Positions 48,455-57,927 of a DNA stretch of 64,000 bases are shown here, piece after piece. The DNA is from an uncultured bacterium (lineage in GTDB: Bacteria > Acidobacteriota > DATKUA01). The stretch covers positions 4,240 to 68,239 of the forward strand of contig CBFCZO010000007.1 in the NCBI GenBank assembly GCA_965602675.1, written 5' to 3'. The notes below the pieces were generated by a model that was not told the DNA's origin, searched no databases, and saw only the letters and a list, made by a program, of their open reading frames with translations. A program made the translations under genes and the position numbers. Within the stretch, counting starts at the first letter, position 1. Each line of letters begins with the position of its first letter.

Positions 48455-49225
48455 CTATTTCGTCCCTGCCTTCGTATGGTCTTCGTGGCAGCCGACGCAG
48501 TTCATCTTGCCGACTTGCGTCGGGCCTTCGCCGTCCCTGCCATGGCACTCGAGGCAGTACGCCGTCTCCGGCATAATGGTAAGAGGTGATTCGAACGTAC
48601 CTTCGAGCCGGGCATTGAGGCTTGCCGCCGCTCTAGCTGAAATCTCCGCAGCCAACCACCCGCAGCGCTCGCTATGCTCTTTTGAACCCAATTTGTAGCC
48701 GGAATTCGAAATTGAAACATGGCACAAGGGCGAGCCGGCCTTTGCTGGCACCAACTCAACATCGTTTCTCGGATTCTTCGGCGCGAAAGAGGGTAGCTCG
48801 GTCTGAACGTAATAACGGAACAGATCATCGATGATCGCCGTCCTCTCGCTGCCGCTGGCGAACAACGCCACCACCGCGGAAGCGCCGTTGAGCGCCCCGC
48901 AGACCGTGCCCCAGTTCGCTACGCCCCCGGCGCCGTATGACATCATTGCACTGGGGAATCCGCTGTAAGGCTCCCCGAATTTGTCGGCCAGCAGGCCGAT
49001 TATACCGTTGAATCCCGCAAACATGCAGCCCCCCTGCCGGAAGTCCCTGTACGCCCTCTCGGCGACTTCTGCGGGATCGAGTTTCTTGTAAGGCCAGGGG
49101 AACTCGGCCGCATGCGCCGAGGCCGCGCATGAAACTGCGCTCCCTAGAACGCTCCCGCCTAATAGAGATACGCCGGCAATCCCCCCCGCGCCGAACAACT
49201 CCCTCCTCGTCACTCGATATGCCAT
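48455..49225 (-). CDS. Tat-secreted C_GCAxxG_C_C-family redox protein with C-terminal di-haem tail
   Basis: Twin-arginine signal (RRELFGAGGIAG). A …GAGGVANWGTVCGALNGASAVVALF… segment matches the C_GCAxxG_C_C family. Two C-terminal CxxCH motifs are present (CLECH, CVGCH). The start at 49225 sits behind AAGGAG. Confidence 0.6.
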   Translation of the reverse strand: MAYRVTRRELFGAGGIAGVSLLGGSVLGSAVSCAASAHAAEFPWPYKKLDPAEVAERAYRDFRQGGCMFAGFNGIIGLLADKFGEPYSGFPSAMMSYGAGGVANWGTVCGALNGASAVVALFASGSERTAIIDDLFRYYVQTELPSFAPKNPRNDVELVPAKAGSPLCHVSISNSGYKLGSKEHSERCGWLAAEISARAAASLNARLEGTFESPLTIMPETAYCLECHGRDGEGPTQVGKMNCVGCHEDHTKAGTK

Positions 49226-49487
49226 CGCCTCCACTCCTTTGCCACACTGGTTTTATCAACCCAGTGTTTAACGTGATTCCGTCCAACCCCGCTGTAGCCT
49301 ACATCACAACACTCAAGCCGAACCCGGCGGCCCTGAATCCGCCGCTGGATGAAATTGCCCAACACGGCACAATCCTGTAGTGGAGCCTTCTCGGCCCCGG
49401 TCTTCATCCATGTATATTTGCGTCAGACCTCTTTATTACGCGGCCAACCTGAAGGATCGCCCTACAGCACGAATCCCGCTGCCACGT

Positions 49488-52400
49488 TCAATTCAATTCG
49501 AACACGTAGCGCTCGACCGGGTGGTAACCCCGGCGCACGATCTCCTCGCCCTTGTAAACCGCCCAAGAGGGCACGCCGCGCTCATAGCGCCGGGTCATGT
49601 GGTAGAGCTGCATCGTGCTGTTGGAGAGCATCAGGTAGAGGACCTTGTCGCGGTTCCACGGGTTGGGCAACACAATTACCAAGCCGTCGTCGGGCCGCGC
49701 GAACAGCTCGCCGCGCCAGCGGAACCAGTTGCGGCCGACCTCAAGCTCATCCAGCTTCCCGGCAATCTCGGTTATCAGAGTGTTGTCATGCGGTGCGCCC
49801 ACGACGATCAGGTCGTGCGAGGCCAGCTCATCGCGCGTGATTTCACAGTCCTTGCGCAGCGGCGGTAGGATCTCGCTGTATGCGTCGGCCAAGGTCTCCT
49901 GCCACTGCAACGCCAACGAGTGGTTGGCTTCGATCTGCCGCGCCGTGCCGTAGACGATTTTCGTGTGATGGAAGTCGTCGACGAAATTAGCGAAGATATA
50001 GAAATTGTCGCGCTCGACGGGGAAATCGTTGCCCGAATTGAAGACAACCTTTGTGGGCTTGGCCGGAACGCTCACCATGAACGATGAAACGGCGCCGCTG
50101 ATCTCCATCGGCATGCGGTGAACGGTCACGCCACAAAACACATCGACTGTCCCGAACAGGTGGTAAGGCTCCCCGCGCTGGGTAACCTCGAAGTTCACTT
50201 GCCAGGATTCACCGCCGGCCCGTTCAGCAGTCACTTTCACCTCCGGCGCAGGCAGGCCCTTGCGGCCGATCCATTGCTCGATGAAGCCGCGCAGCGGCTT
50301 ACCCGAAATCTGCTCTGCCGCGGAAATAAACTGCCCGGTGCTGATTTCTTTATCGGTGAAAACGCTGTAAACCTCGTCCATCATCTTGAGGAACAGGTCG
50401 TTGCCGAGCAGCAGCCGCAACTGATGAAGGACATACGTTCCCTTGATACGCGGAACCTGGTAGAAGCGGTATGCGTCGAAGCGCTCTTCGGTCTCCAGCG
50501 GCACGAGGTCCTCCTCGCGCGAGACGGTGTAGAGGAAGGCGTTGTTCAGCCCGGCCAGTTCGTCGCTGAGCCGGCCGGCAGCCTCGCCGGGATTGCCGGG
50601 CATGCCGTCCAATAGACGCCAGTAGGCCGGGGAACCGCTGATCAGCCAGCTCTCGGCCTGGGTGGCGGGGTAGATGGAGTTGCGCCACAGGCTGCGCTTG
50701 TCGATTCGGTAAATATCCGCTGCCGCCGAAACGTCGAGCCTCGTGAGGTAGATCGGCTCGGGAGCAGGCATCCTTGCTTTTCCACCAAGAGCATGCAGCT
50801 TGTCGGTGACGAAAATCGGGCTGGGCGTGGAATAGCCGAGGCTGAGATGCGGCTCGGCGCCGGGAAGATCAGCGACGAAGCGGTCGCCGACGAACTTGTG
50901 CCGCAGCGTCAGCTTCCCGTAGTGGGCCAGGAAAACGAGCTGGTCGGCCATGTCGCCGGTGGTTATCTTGCCGTCGCAGGCGTGAGCCCGGTTGATCGGG
51001 GAGGAAGCCCACAACTCCGATACGGCGATCGAGTCAATCTCGCCCTTTTTACGGTGATAGAACTCATTGAAGGCCAGGTCGCGGTTCCACGGGCGGAACA
51101 TCAGGTCGTAGGGAGCGTTGTCGGCGTTGACGATATACTCCTTGCGGACCTCCAGATCCTTGTTGTTGTTATTGCACCAGTAGTAGTCGGTTAGCCCCGC
51201 GGGGAAATCGCCCTCGCTGCTGCGCCACAGACGCCACTTGTAAGTTCCCAGCAGGAAGATGCCGACTTCGTCGTTCTTGGCGTCGGCGAAGGGCCACTCG
51301 TTGGTGTACTGCCCGTTGTTGCGATCGGTTAGGATCTCGACAACATCGTCGATCGAGTCGCCGTACTGCATCGCTTTGCGGATGCGGTTGCTCTGCGGTG
51401 TCCCCTCGTCGTTATAGGGCGTCTGGCTGACGGTGGTCTCGCCGATGACGATGCCGGCGTCGTTGATGTAAAAGTCGGAGCCCGAATGGAGGCCGCCGGG
51501 GAAGGTGTGGTAGACAATGCGGTGCCCCTTGGAGGGTACGACGTCGCAGATCACGTCCCAATGTACCCCGGTGTAGCCGTTCCACATAAAGATCTGACCG
51601 AAGACGAAACGCCCGTCCTCCGTGGCCGACCCGGTTGCGGTAATGGCCGAGCACTTGTGATGCTCATCGCTGATTAACAGCTCATCTTCATGCTTGAGAA
51701 AGTTGATCCCGGACGTAGCGTTGGCTGTTCGTTGTAATGCGCCGCGCATTTGGCCGAAGTCGATGATCGAGTTGATCCCGGCGATGTCGACTACATCAAG
51801 CGGCCTGCCGTCGAATCTCGCTCCCGCGTAGGAAGCGCCGTCGGCGATCCCCTTCATCTCGACCTGATACTCCTCATCGTAGCGGTTGAGCATAAAGGCC
51901 TGGGTCATGAAGCGGATGGTGTTCCAGCCGTCTCCGGGATTGGCTCTGTTCTGGCGGATTGCGAGTTTGTTTATATACTCGACGATCTCATCCGACACCA
52001 GGTAGCCGTACTGATATCCGCGGTCGTAAGGCTCGCCCTCGATATGGACGAAGATCCAGCCGCGGTCGTCGTAACGGTAGGCGGGTCCGAACCAGCTTAC
52101 CGTCTCCAGCGGGATGTAACGGCTGATGTTGTCGATCTTCTCGAGCTTGACGTCGTCGAACCAGGCCTTGCCCGTCGCCGTTCCGTTGAAACCAAAATTC
52201 ACTTTCACCCGGTCTTTCTTCTTGGTGGCGATGAACAACACCTCGATCTCGCGCCATCCCGACGTAGCACCCACGGCGGGAGAGTGATTGGTGAAGGGAA
52301 ACGAGAGCATCGTCAGGCACGCAGGAACCGCTGTGGGAAAATGTGAGGTCGGATCGGAAAAGGCGTCCTCGGTCTTTACCCAGCCACTCAGCCGGTAGAG

Positions 52401-52694
52401 GTGGCCGATTACTAAATCTACAGGTTGCGAGCTTAGAGTGATGCTGCCGGGCGCAGAGTGGCTGATTATCAGGCTCGAGCCGCCGCTGTGCCTGACTGCC
52501 GAGTCAACCATGACAGCATTTCCGCCGGGAACATCCGTTTCGAGTTCCCAACCGGCAGGCGATCCTTCCCCGTCGCGCTCTTCGAAACCGGGATTCGTCA
52601 GCGGGATATCTTCGTCGGCAAGCGCCGATAGTCCGACGAAAAGCGGCAAGATCAGAGCGGTTAGCAGAATTCTATAAGACTTCTTCTCAGGCAT
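49488..52694 (-). CDS. Large secreted multidomain protein: CBM-like N-terminal domain, Ntn-hydrolase (C45-like) domain, degenerate M1-peptidase-like C-terminal domain
   Basis: Signal peptide. An N-terminal galactose-binding-like module (…GWVKTEDAF…GKAWFDDVKLEKI) is followed by a …HHKCSAITATG…YINDAGIVIGETT… segment resembling C45 acyltransferase/hydrolases. The C-terminal …KGTYVLHQLRLLLGNDLFLKMM… segment resembles the M1 post-catalytic domain but has no HEXXH. The start at 52694 sits behind GGAGGAG. Confidence 0.55.
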   Translation of the reverse strand: MPEKKSYRILLTALILPLFVGLSALADEDIPLTNPGFEERDGEGSPAGWELETDVPGGNAVMVDSAVRHSGGSSLIISHSAPGSITLSSQPVDLVIGHLYRLSGWVKTEDAFSDPTSHFPTAVPACLTMLSFPFTNHSPAVGATSGWREIEVLFIATKKKDRVKVNFGFNGTATGKAWFDDVKLEKIDNISRYIPLETVSWFGPAYRYDDRGWIFVHIEGEPYDRGYQYGYLVSDEIVEYINKLAIRQNRANPGDGWNTIRFMTQAFMLNRYDEEYQVEMKGIADGASYAGARFDGRPLDVVDIAGINSIIDFGQMRGALQRTANATSGINFLKHEDELLISDEHHKCSAITATGSATEDGRFVFGQIFMWNGYTGVHWDVICDVVPSKGHRIVYHTFPGGLHSGSDFYINDAGIVIGETTVSQTPYNDEGTPQSNRIRKAMQYGDSIDDVVEILTDRNNGQYTNEWPFADAKNDEVGIFLLGTYKWRLWRSSEGDFPAGLTDYYWCNNNNKDLEVRKEYIVNADNAPYDLMFRPWNRDLAFNEFYHRKKGEIDSIAVSELWASSPINRAHACDGKITTGDMADQLVFLAHYGKLTLRHKFVGDRFVADLPGAEPHLSLGYSTPSPIFVTDKLHALGGKARMPAPEPIYLTRLDVSAAADIYRIDKRSLWRNSIYPATQAESWLISGSPAYWRLLDGMPGNPGEAAGRLSDELAGLNNAFLYTVSREEDLVPLETEERFDAYRFYQVPRIKGTYVLHQLRLLLGNDLFLKMMDEVYSVFTDKEISTGQFISAAEQISGKPLRGFIEQWIGRKGLPAPEVKVTAERAGGESWQVNFEVTQRGEPYHLFGTVDVFCGVTVHRMPMEISGAVSSFMVSVPAKPTKVVFNSGNDFPVERDNFYIFANFVDDFHHTKIVYGTARQIEANHSLALQWQETLADAYSEILPPLRKDCEITRDELASHDLIVVGAPHDNTLITEIAGKLDELEVGRNWFRWRGELFARPDDGLVIVLPNPWNRDKVLYLMLSNSTMQLYHMTRRYERGVPSWAVYKGEEIVRRGYHPVERYVFELN

Positions 52695-52961
52695 TATTCT
52701 CCTCCCCTGATGCGGCATGTGGAAAAACAACCTCAGTAACCCGAAACCTATTCTAGCCGCTTTCTTACCTAAGCGTAAAGAAGATGAAATTATAATGGAA
52801 ACGCCATTATTTCATTTTATGGAGGCGCTTTATTTACCTGGGAACGCCGATCAAGTCTTCCATAACCGAGAAAAATATTGCGTCGAAGTTTTTTTTATGC
52901 GATACATGAATCCTAACCAACATATACACTCTCGGGCAGAGTGCGTTACTAGGAGGGGAAA

Positions 52962-53159
52962 ATGAAGGTATTGGAGTGGCTTGCTTTGATCATCGTATTT
53001 ATCGGGGCAATCAACTGGGGGCTCGTCGGGCTGTTTGATTTCAACCTCGTAACATACCTGTTTGCCTCAATGGAATGGTTAGTGAAGACAATCTACGTCA
53101 TCGTGGGGCTTGCCGGTATTGTACTCCTCATCTGCAAGTTTGCTACTGCGAAGGAATAA
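52962..53159 (+). CDS. DUF378 small membrane protein
   Basis: INWGLVGLF motif, two transmembrane helices, 65 aa. An AGGAGGGG ribosome-binding site precedes the ATG. The terminator at 53183-53213 is CCTCCCC…GGGGAGG followed by T6. Confidence 0.75.
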   Translation: MKVLEWLALIIVFIGAINWGLVGLFDFNLVTYLFASMEWLVKTIYVIVGLAGIVLLICKFATAKE

Positions 53160-53301
53160 CGCCCGTGATTATTTCACCAAACCTCCCCGGGGGCCCACTG
53201 GGGAGGGTTTTTTGTTATCTTTAAACAAGAACCGTTCTCTTTCTCTATCAAAAATTTGTTTGATTAAGGTGCCCTGGGTGTGCTACAAGGCAATAACTCG
53301 T

Positions 53302-54001
53302 AACTGTCCCTATTTAAATAGAAAATGCCACGCAGACCAAGAATAGTGATACAAGGCGTTGCCCACCTCTTGACGCAGAGGGGCAACAACAGTCAGGACG
53401 TCTTCCTAGCCGATAAGGACAAGATTGCCTACCTGGAAAAGCTCACAAAAAAGGCGGAGAAATACTCGCTGGAGATCCTGGGGTACTGCCTGATGAGCAA
53501 CAACGTCCACCTGATCGGCACACCCCGGAAACCGGAATCACTGGCGAAGGCCTTCGGACGCACGAATCTCTCTTACACCCAATACTTCAACGAAAAGTAC
53601 AGTTTCAGCGGGCACCTCTGGCAGAATCGTTACTATTCCTGCCCGCTCGACGAGGAACACTTCTGGCGAGCGCTCTGCTACATCGAGAGAATTCCCGTGA
53701 GGGCCGGCCTCGTCGAGAACGCCTGGTCATACAGCTGGTCCAGCGCGGCTGCGCATATCGGCAATGACTCGCTCGATAAACTGATCGATCTGCGTAAATG
53801 GGAATCCATGGCAGCCGGCATCGGCTGGGAATCCCAGCTCAAACGCCCCGATGACAAGAAGACAATCTCGAGGATAAACCGCAGTCTGAAATCCGGCCGC
53901 CCCCTGGGCAATGACGATTTCATCGACGCTCTGGAGCTGAAAACAAGCCGCCGCCTCCGCCCGCTGCCCGTCGGCCGCCCGCCCAATAAATAGGGACAGT
54001 T
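53302..54001 (+). mobile_element. REP-associated / IS200-like tyrosine transposase unit bounded by 14-bp perfect inverted repeats
   Basis: AACTGTCCCTATTT at 53302-53315 and its reverse complement AAATAGGGACAGTT at 53988-54001 bracket the transposase ORF. A third partial copy, TAACTGTCCTTA, lies at 54055-54066. Confidence 0.65.
53325..53993 (+). CDS. IS200/IS605-family Y1 (HUH) transposase, RAYT-like
   Basis: …HLLTQRGNN… and the HuH-type motif …NNVHLIG…, plus a Tyr-containing C-terminal region (SYTQYFNEKY). Confidence 0.7.
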   Translation: MPRRPRIVIQGVAHLLTQRGNNSQDVFLADKDKIAYLEKLTKKAEKYSLEILGYCLMSNNVHLIGTPRKPESLAKAFGRTNLSYTQYFNEKYSFSGHLWQNRYYSCPLDEEHFWRALCYIERIPVRAGLVENAWSYSWSSAAAHIGNDSLDKLIDLRKWESMAAGIGWESQLKRPDDKKTISRINRSLKSGRPLGNDDFIDALELKTSRRLRPLPVGRPPNK

Positions 54002-54063
54002 CCTTGTTAAGCTCACGCAATTATCAGCCTTCCGCAACTCACAGGATAATATGATAACTGTCC

Positions 54064-54576
54064 TTATCTGAGCACAAACTCCCACGCACAATGGTATTCC
54101 GGCGGGTGAGGATCGGGCGGGCACGTGAGACAGCGCGTCCGGAAGCGCGGATCGATTGTCGATGCAAAGGTAGTGTACTCGACTATGCCCACCTCCTTGC
54201 ACGGAAACGGCTCCAGGCCCTTGCGCTCACGGGCTGACTGCACCCGGCAATTGTTCATCGTCAGAATCACGGTTTTGTCGTCGACGACCTCTATTGTCTG
54301 TACGTTGATGAATGAATAAAGGCGACGGTCGAGAGCCTTAGCAAGAGCGTCAACTCCACCGCCTTCCGGTATCTCGTGACGCTTCATGATTCTCCCGGCT
54401 TCAATCGGCGAAAACCGCCCCCACGCTTCCTTGTCGAGATCGATGGCATCCCTTATTCCAAAGCGGCCTTCAACAGCCTGAAACCAAAGGCCGTCGTGCG
54501 CGAGCCACAGCTTCGCGGCATCGGCAAGCATGTCGATGATTAGTTCCTTATCATATTTATCTATATCCCTGGCCAT
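54064..54576 (-). CDS. Hypothetical protein
   Basis: 170 aa counted from the internal ATG at 54576. No family was recognised. Confidence 0.5.
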   Translation of the reverse strand: MARDIDKYDKELIIDMLADAAKLWLAHDGLWFQAVEGRFGIRDAIDLDKEAWGRFSPIEAGRIMKRHEIPEGGGVDALAKALDRRLYSFINVQTIEVVDDKTVILTMNNCRVQSARERKGLEPFPCKEVGIVEYTTFASTIDPRFRTRCLTCPPDPHPPEYHCAWEFVLR

Positions 54577-54730
54577 GAATCCCCCCGTTAAAAAGGCGTG
54601 TTGGTTCTTCTCCCTGCCAATATTAGCGGAACCGGGTAGGGATATGAAGTGCGATCCGACTCGACGTTGACAGCAATGCATGTTTCTGCGTACTTTGCAC
54701 TCAATCCAACATCAACAGTGAGGGGGCACG

Positions 54731-55960
54731 ATGGCGCGATCCTACGAATATCTCATAATCGGAGCAGGCCTGGCAGGGCACAATGCCGCTGTTGAAATTC
54801 GGGAGCGGGATAGCGGCTCAACCCTGGCGATAGTCGGCGCCGAACCCCACCGTCCTTATAACCGCCCCCCCCTCAGCAAGGCCCTACTAACCGGACAAGC
54901 GCCGGAGGACAGCGTTTATATCGAAAAGAGCGAATTCTATCAGAGCAAGGGCATCGAGCTGATTCCCGGCACCACAGCATCTGCTCTCGACGCAGCAATA
55001 AAGACGGTTTTTCTTTCAGACGGCCGGGAACTGGAATATGGCAAATTGCTGGTTGCGACGGGCGGTAACGCCCGGCAACTAAATATTCCGGGGTGGGAAC
55101 TAACAGGCGTATTCACTCTTCGGAACCTGGAAGACTCACTGGCGATCAAAGCAGCAGCGGTGAATGCGGAGGGCGTCGTGGTAATCGGGGGAGGCTTTGT
55201 GGGAGCGGAGACCGCGTCCTCATTAACGGAGAGCGGCCGCAGAGTCAGCATGATCTTTCCGGAACAAGCTGTTCTTGGGAGGCTGTTGCCCCAGGATTTC
55301 GGCCTGTTCCTCAATGAAGTCTATCGAGATCGAGGTGTCGAAATTCTCGCCGCCGATTCAGTTGTTGCTTTCGAGGGAGACGATAGGGTGAAACGCGTGA
55401 GAACCGAAAGCGGGAAAGTCGTCGACTGCGATCTGGTGGTGGTCGGAGCCGGAATAGAGTTACAAACCGCCTTCACACGAGATGCGCTGGCTACCGATCG
55501 ACGCGGCGCCGTGATAACCGACGACCACCTGCGCAGCAGCGCAGAGAGTGTCTGGGCTGCCGGCGATATCGCCTCATACTACGATAGGCTATACCAGCGG
55601 CAAATGCGATTCGAGCACTGGAGCACTGCGATGAATCAGGGCAAGAACGCCGGCGCAGCGATGGCGGGCGATCCGCAGCCCTTCACCTCACCGGCCTACT
55701 TCTTCTCCGTCCTCTTCGGGATGTTTATCCAAATCGGCGGAAATTTCGAGCCGGAAGATATCTCAAGGCGAGGAAATCCGGATGAAAAAACTGTGGGCTA
55801 TTACTCTTTCCACGAGGGCGTAATCGAGGGCTACACCGTTCTGGGAAGACCCCAAGAGGAGGAAAAGGTTATTCAACGGTTGATCCTGGACAGGCGAAGA
55901 AAAGAGGAATTGGCTGAAGCGCTGGCCGATGAAAACCGTGATCTCAGTACTCTGATTTGA
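54731..55960 (+). CDS. FAD/NAD(P)-binding pyridine nucleotide-disulfide oxidoreductase (ferredoxin-reductase / AIF-like)
   Basis: N-terminal YEYLIIGAGLAGHNAA and a second Rossmann fold (VVIGGGFVGAE). Confidence 0.8.
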   Translation: MARSYEYLIIGAGLAGHNAAVEIRERDSGSTLAIVGAEPHRPYNRPPLSKALLTGQAPEDSVYIEKSEFYQSKGIELIPGTTASALDAAIKTVFLSDGRELEYGKLLVATGGNARQLNIPGWELTGVFTLRNLEDSLAIKAAAVNAEGVVVIGGGFVGAETASSLTESGRRVSMIFPEQAVLGRLLPQDFGLFLNEVYRDRGVEILAADSVVAFEGDDRVKRVRTESGKVVDCDLVVVGAGIELQTAFTRDALATDRRGAVITDDHLRSSAESVWAAGDIASYYDRLYQRQMRFEHWSTAMNQGKNAGAAMAGDPQPFTSPAYFFSVLFGMFIQIGGNFEPEDISRRGNPDEKTVGYYSFHEGVIEGYTVLGRPQEEEKVIQRLILDRRRKEELAEALADENRDLSTLI

Positions 55961-56026
55961 TTTGTCACTCCCGGAATTGTACTTGGATCAATAGACGTTA
56001 TCGGTATCCACCAAAACAACAACGAC

Positions 56027-56635
56027 TCAAGGCTTAGTCCATATATTTTTCAGAAGTGTATCGCTGGCACTTTTCAGAAGCTCGTTTTCATCCTGCTCCG
56101 GGTTGATCCGTATCTTCATAACCGCCCCGATCATGAACACCAGGATATGGAGCGCGATCAGTTTTCGATCAACATCGCTCCTGATCTCGCCGGCCTTCTG
56201 GCCTTTCTCAATGATCGTCTCAAAAACTTCAAGGAATCTGGCATGGGACTTCTTATAGACATCTCGTATCCTTTCGTCTCGCAGGCTTTCAACATAGAGT
56301 TCCAGATCGATATGACCGTAGTACTTGGCCGCCCAAACCGAATAAATCGAAAGGAAATAATTGATAACCTTTAATAAAGCCTCCCGTGCGCTCTCGATCC
56401 TCTCCACTAGGCTAAACAGCTCTTCTTTCTCTTTGTTGATCCACCTGCTCAGGGCCAGCATAATGTCGTTCTTTCCCTTGAAGTAGTTGTAGACTGCGCC
56501 TGTGCTCAGCCCTGCTTCACCGCTGATGTCGGCAATCGTAGTGTTGAAGAAACCGTTTCTAAGGAAGCATACGTCGGCCGCTCGAAGGATTTGTTCTTTC
56601 CTGTTTTGGATATGCGAATCCGAAACTTTGGGCAC
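56027..56635 (-). CDS. TetR/AcrR family transcriptional regulator
   Basis: N-terminal helix-turn-helix (…FNTTIADISGEAGLSTGAVYNYFKGK…). Confidence 0.85.
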   Translation of the reverse strand: MPKVSDSHIQNRKEQILRAADVCFLRNGFFNTTIADISGEAGLSTGAVYNYFKGKNDIMLALSRWINKEKEELFSLVERIESAREALLKVINYFLSIYSVWAAKYYGHIDLELYVESLRDERIRDVYKKSHARFLEVFETIIEKGQKAGEIRSDVDRKLIALHILVFMIGAVMKIRINPEQDENELLKSASDTLLKNIWTKP

Positions 56636-56829
56636 CCCACTCCTCCTCTGCGGCAGCTAATAGACACCATCCGGGATTATTTCTGCGAGTTAAGCTACCC
56701 GACAACTACCGTATTAACAAATATAGCACCCGAGAAGGACAAATCGTAATAAGTGAGATTACACTTCACACTGGCTTGGCATTATCTGGAAGCGCGCTGG
56801 ATATAAACTGCAGTGAGAGTCACCTTCAC

Positions 56830-57861
56830 TCAACCCGAATGGATCTCGACAATATCCTCGTCGACCAACTCGTAATCCTTGTTTACCAGCTGCCCGTCGA
56901 ACTTGCCGGAGCCCCACACCTTCGCCGTCTTCAAAGAGCCGGCGATATCCTTGTGAATTGCCTCGGCCAGGTCGAAGAGTGTGTCACCCCGGTGCAGCAC
57001 GAACGGATTTTCCTTATCGGGAGCCTTGCCGGGAGCCTTTGTGTAGACCCGCAGCAGAGAGAGCATTTCGAACACTGAGCGCTTAAGACGGTCGAGGCTG
57101 TCCTCGTCCACACTGGAGACTTTCTGAATCTCGAATAAATCTCCGTAAAACTCCTTGAAAATCTCAAGATTATCCTCAGCGTTGGGTAAATCCATCTTGT
57201 TGGCGACTATTATTGCCTTGAGGGGTTCAACCCCCACCGCCAGATTCTCGGGCTCGTCATGCCCGAAGAGCACTACTTTGTGCTCTTTCAGTATTCTCAG
57301 TGTCTCTTCGTACTGGCTGAGAATATCGTCGTTACGGGCCGAAAGCACGAGCAACGCCGCATCCGCCACCCTGACGATCTGCGGCAGCCAGCTCTCGATA
57401 TAACCTTTGGCAACCGGCGGAAGGTCGATAAGCTGGATCTGCACGTTCTCGTACAGCATCATACCCGGGAGCGGCAAGCGCGTGGTGAAGGGATAATCCG
57501 CTACCTGGGGTTCCGCATTGGTGAGACAGGCCAGCAACTCCGACTTACCGGAGTTCGGCGGGCCGACGAGTACCACCTGCCCCTCCCCGCATTTCTTGAC
57601 GTAAATCCCGCCGCTTTTCCGGGGACTGCCCTTGCGGGCCTGTTCCTTGCGCATTCTGGAAATGCGGCGCTTGATGTCGGCCTGCATCTTCTCCGTTCCC
57701 TTGTGCTTGGGAATCGAACGGAGCATTTCCTGCAAGGCCGCCATCTTCTCGGCAGAGGACGTTGCGGACTTGAATTGCTTTTCCGCCGCGAAGAACTCAG
57801 GTGTAAGATTCGCCGGCAACCCAAACCTCCGGGAGGGACGTTCGAGAATGTAGATCAACAA
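56830..57861 (-). CDS. DRG/Obg-like GTPase with C-terminal TGS domain (COG1163-like)
   Basis: G1 motif VVLVGPPNSGKSELL and G2/G3 region …YPFTTRLP…IQLIDLPP…. The C-terminal TGS-like end is …KVWGSGKFDGQLVNKDYELVDEDIVEI. Confidence 0.7.
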   Translation of the reverse strand: MLIYILERPSRRFGLPANLTPEFFAAEKQFKSATSSAEKMAALQEMLRSIPKHKGTEKMQADIKRRISRMRKEQARKGSPRKSGGIYVKKCGEGQVVLVGPPNSGKSELLACLTNAEPQVADYPFTTRLPLPGMMLYENVQIQLIDLPPVAKGYIESWLPQIVRVADAALLVLSARNDDILSQYEETLRILKEHKVVLFGHDEPENLAVGVEPLKAIIVANKMDLPNAEDNLEIFKEFYGDLFEIQKVSSVDEDSLDRLKRSVFEMLSLLRVYTKAPGKAPDKENPFVLHRGDTLFDLAEAIHKDIAGSLKTAKVWGSGKFDGQLVNKDYELVDEDIVEIHSG

Positions 57862-57927
57862 GTGTACACGACTCTAACGGAATTATAGCACCTTCGGCGA
57901 GGACTTACCCAGAGGCTTGATTACTAT

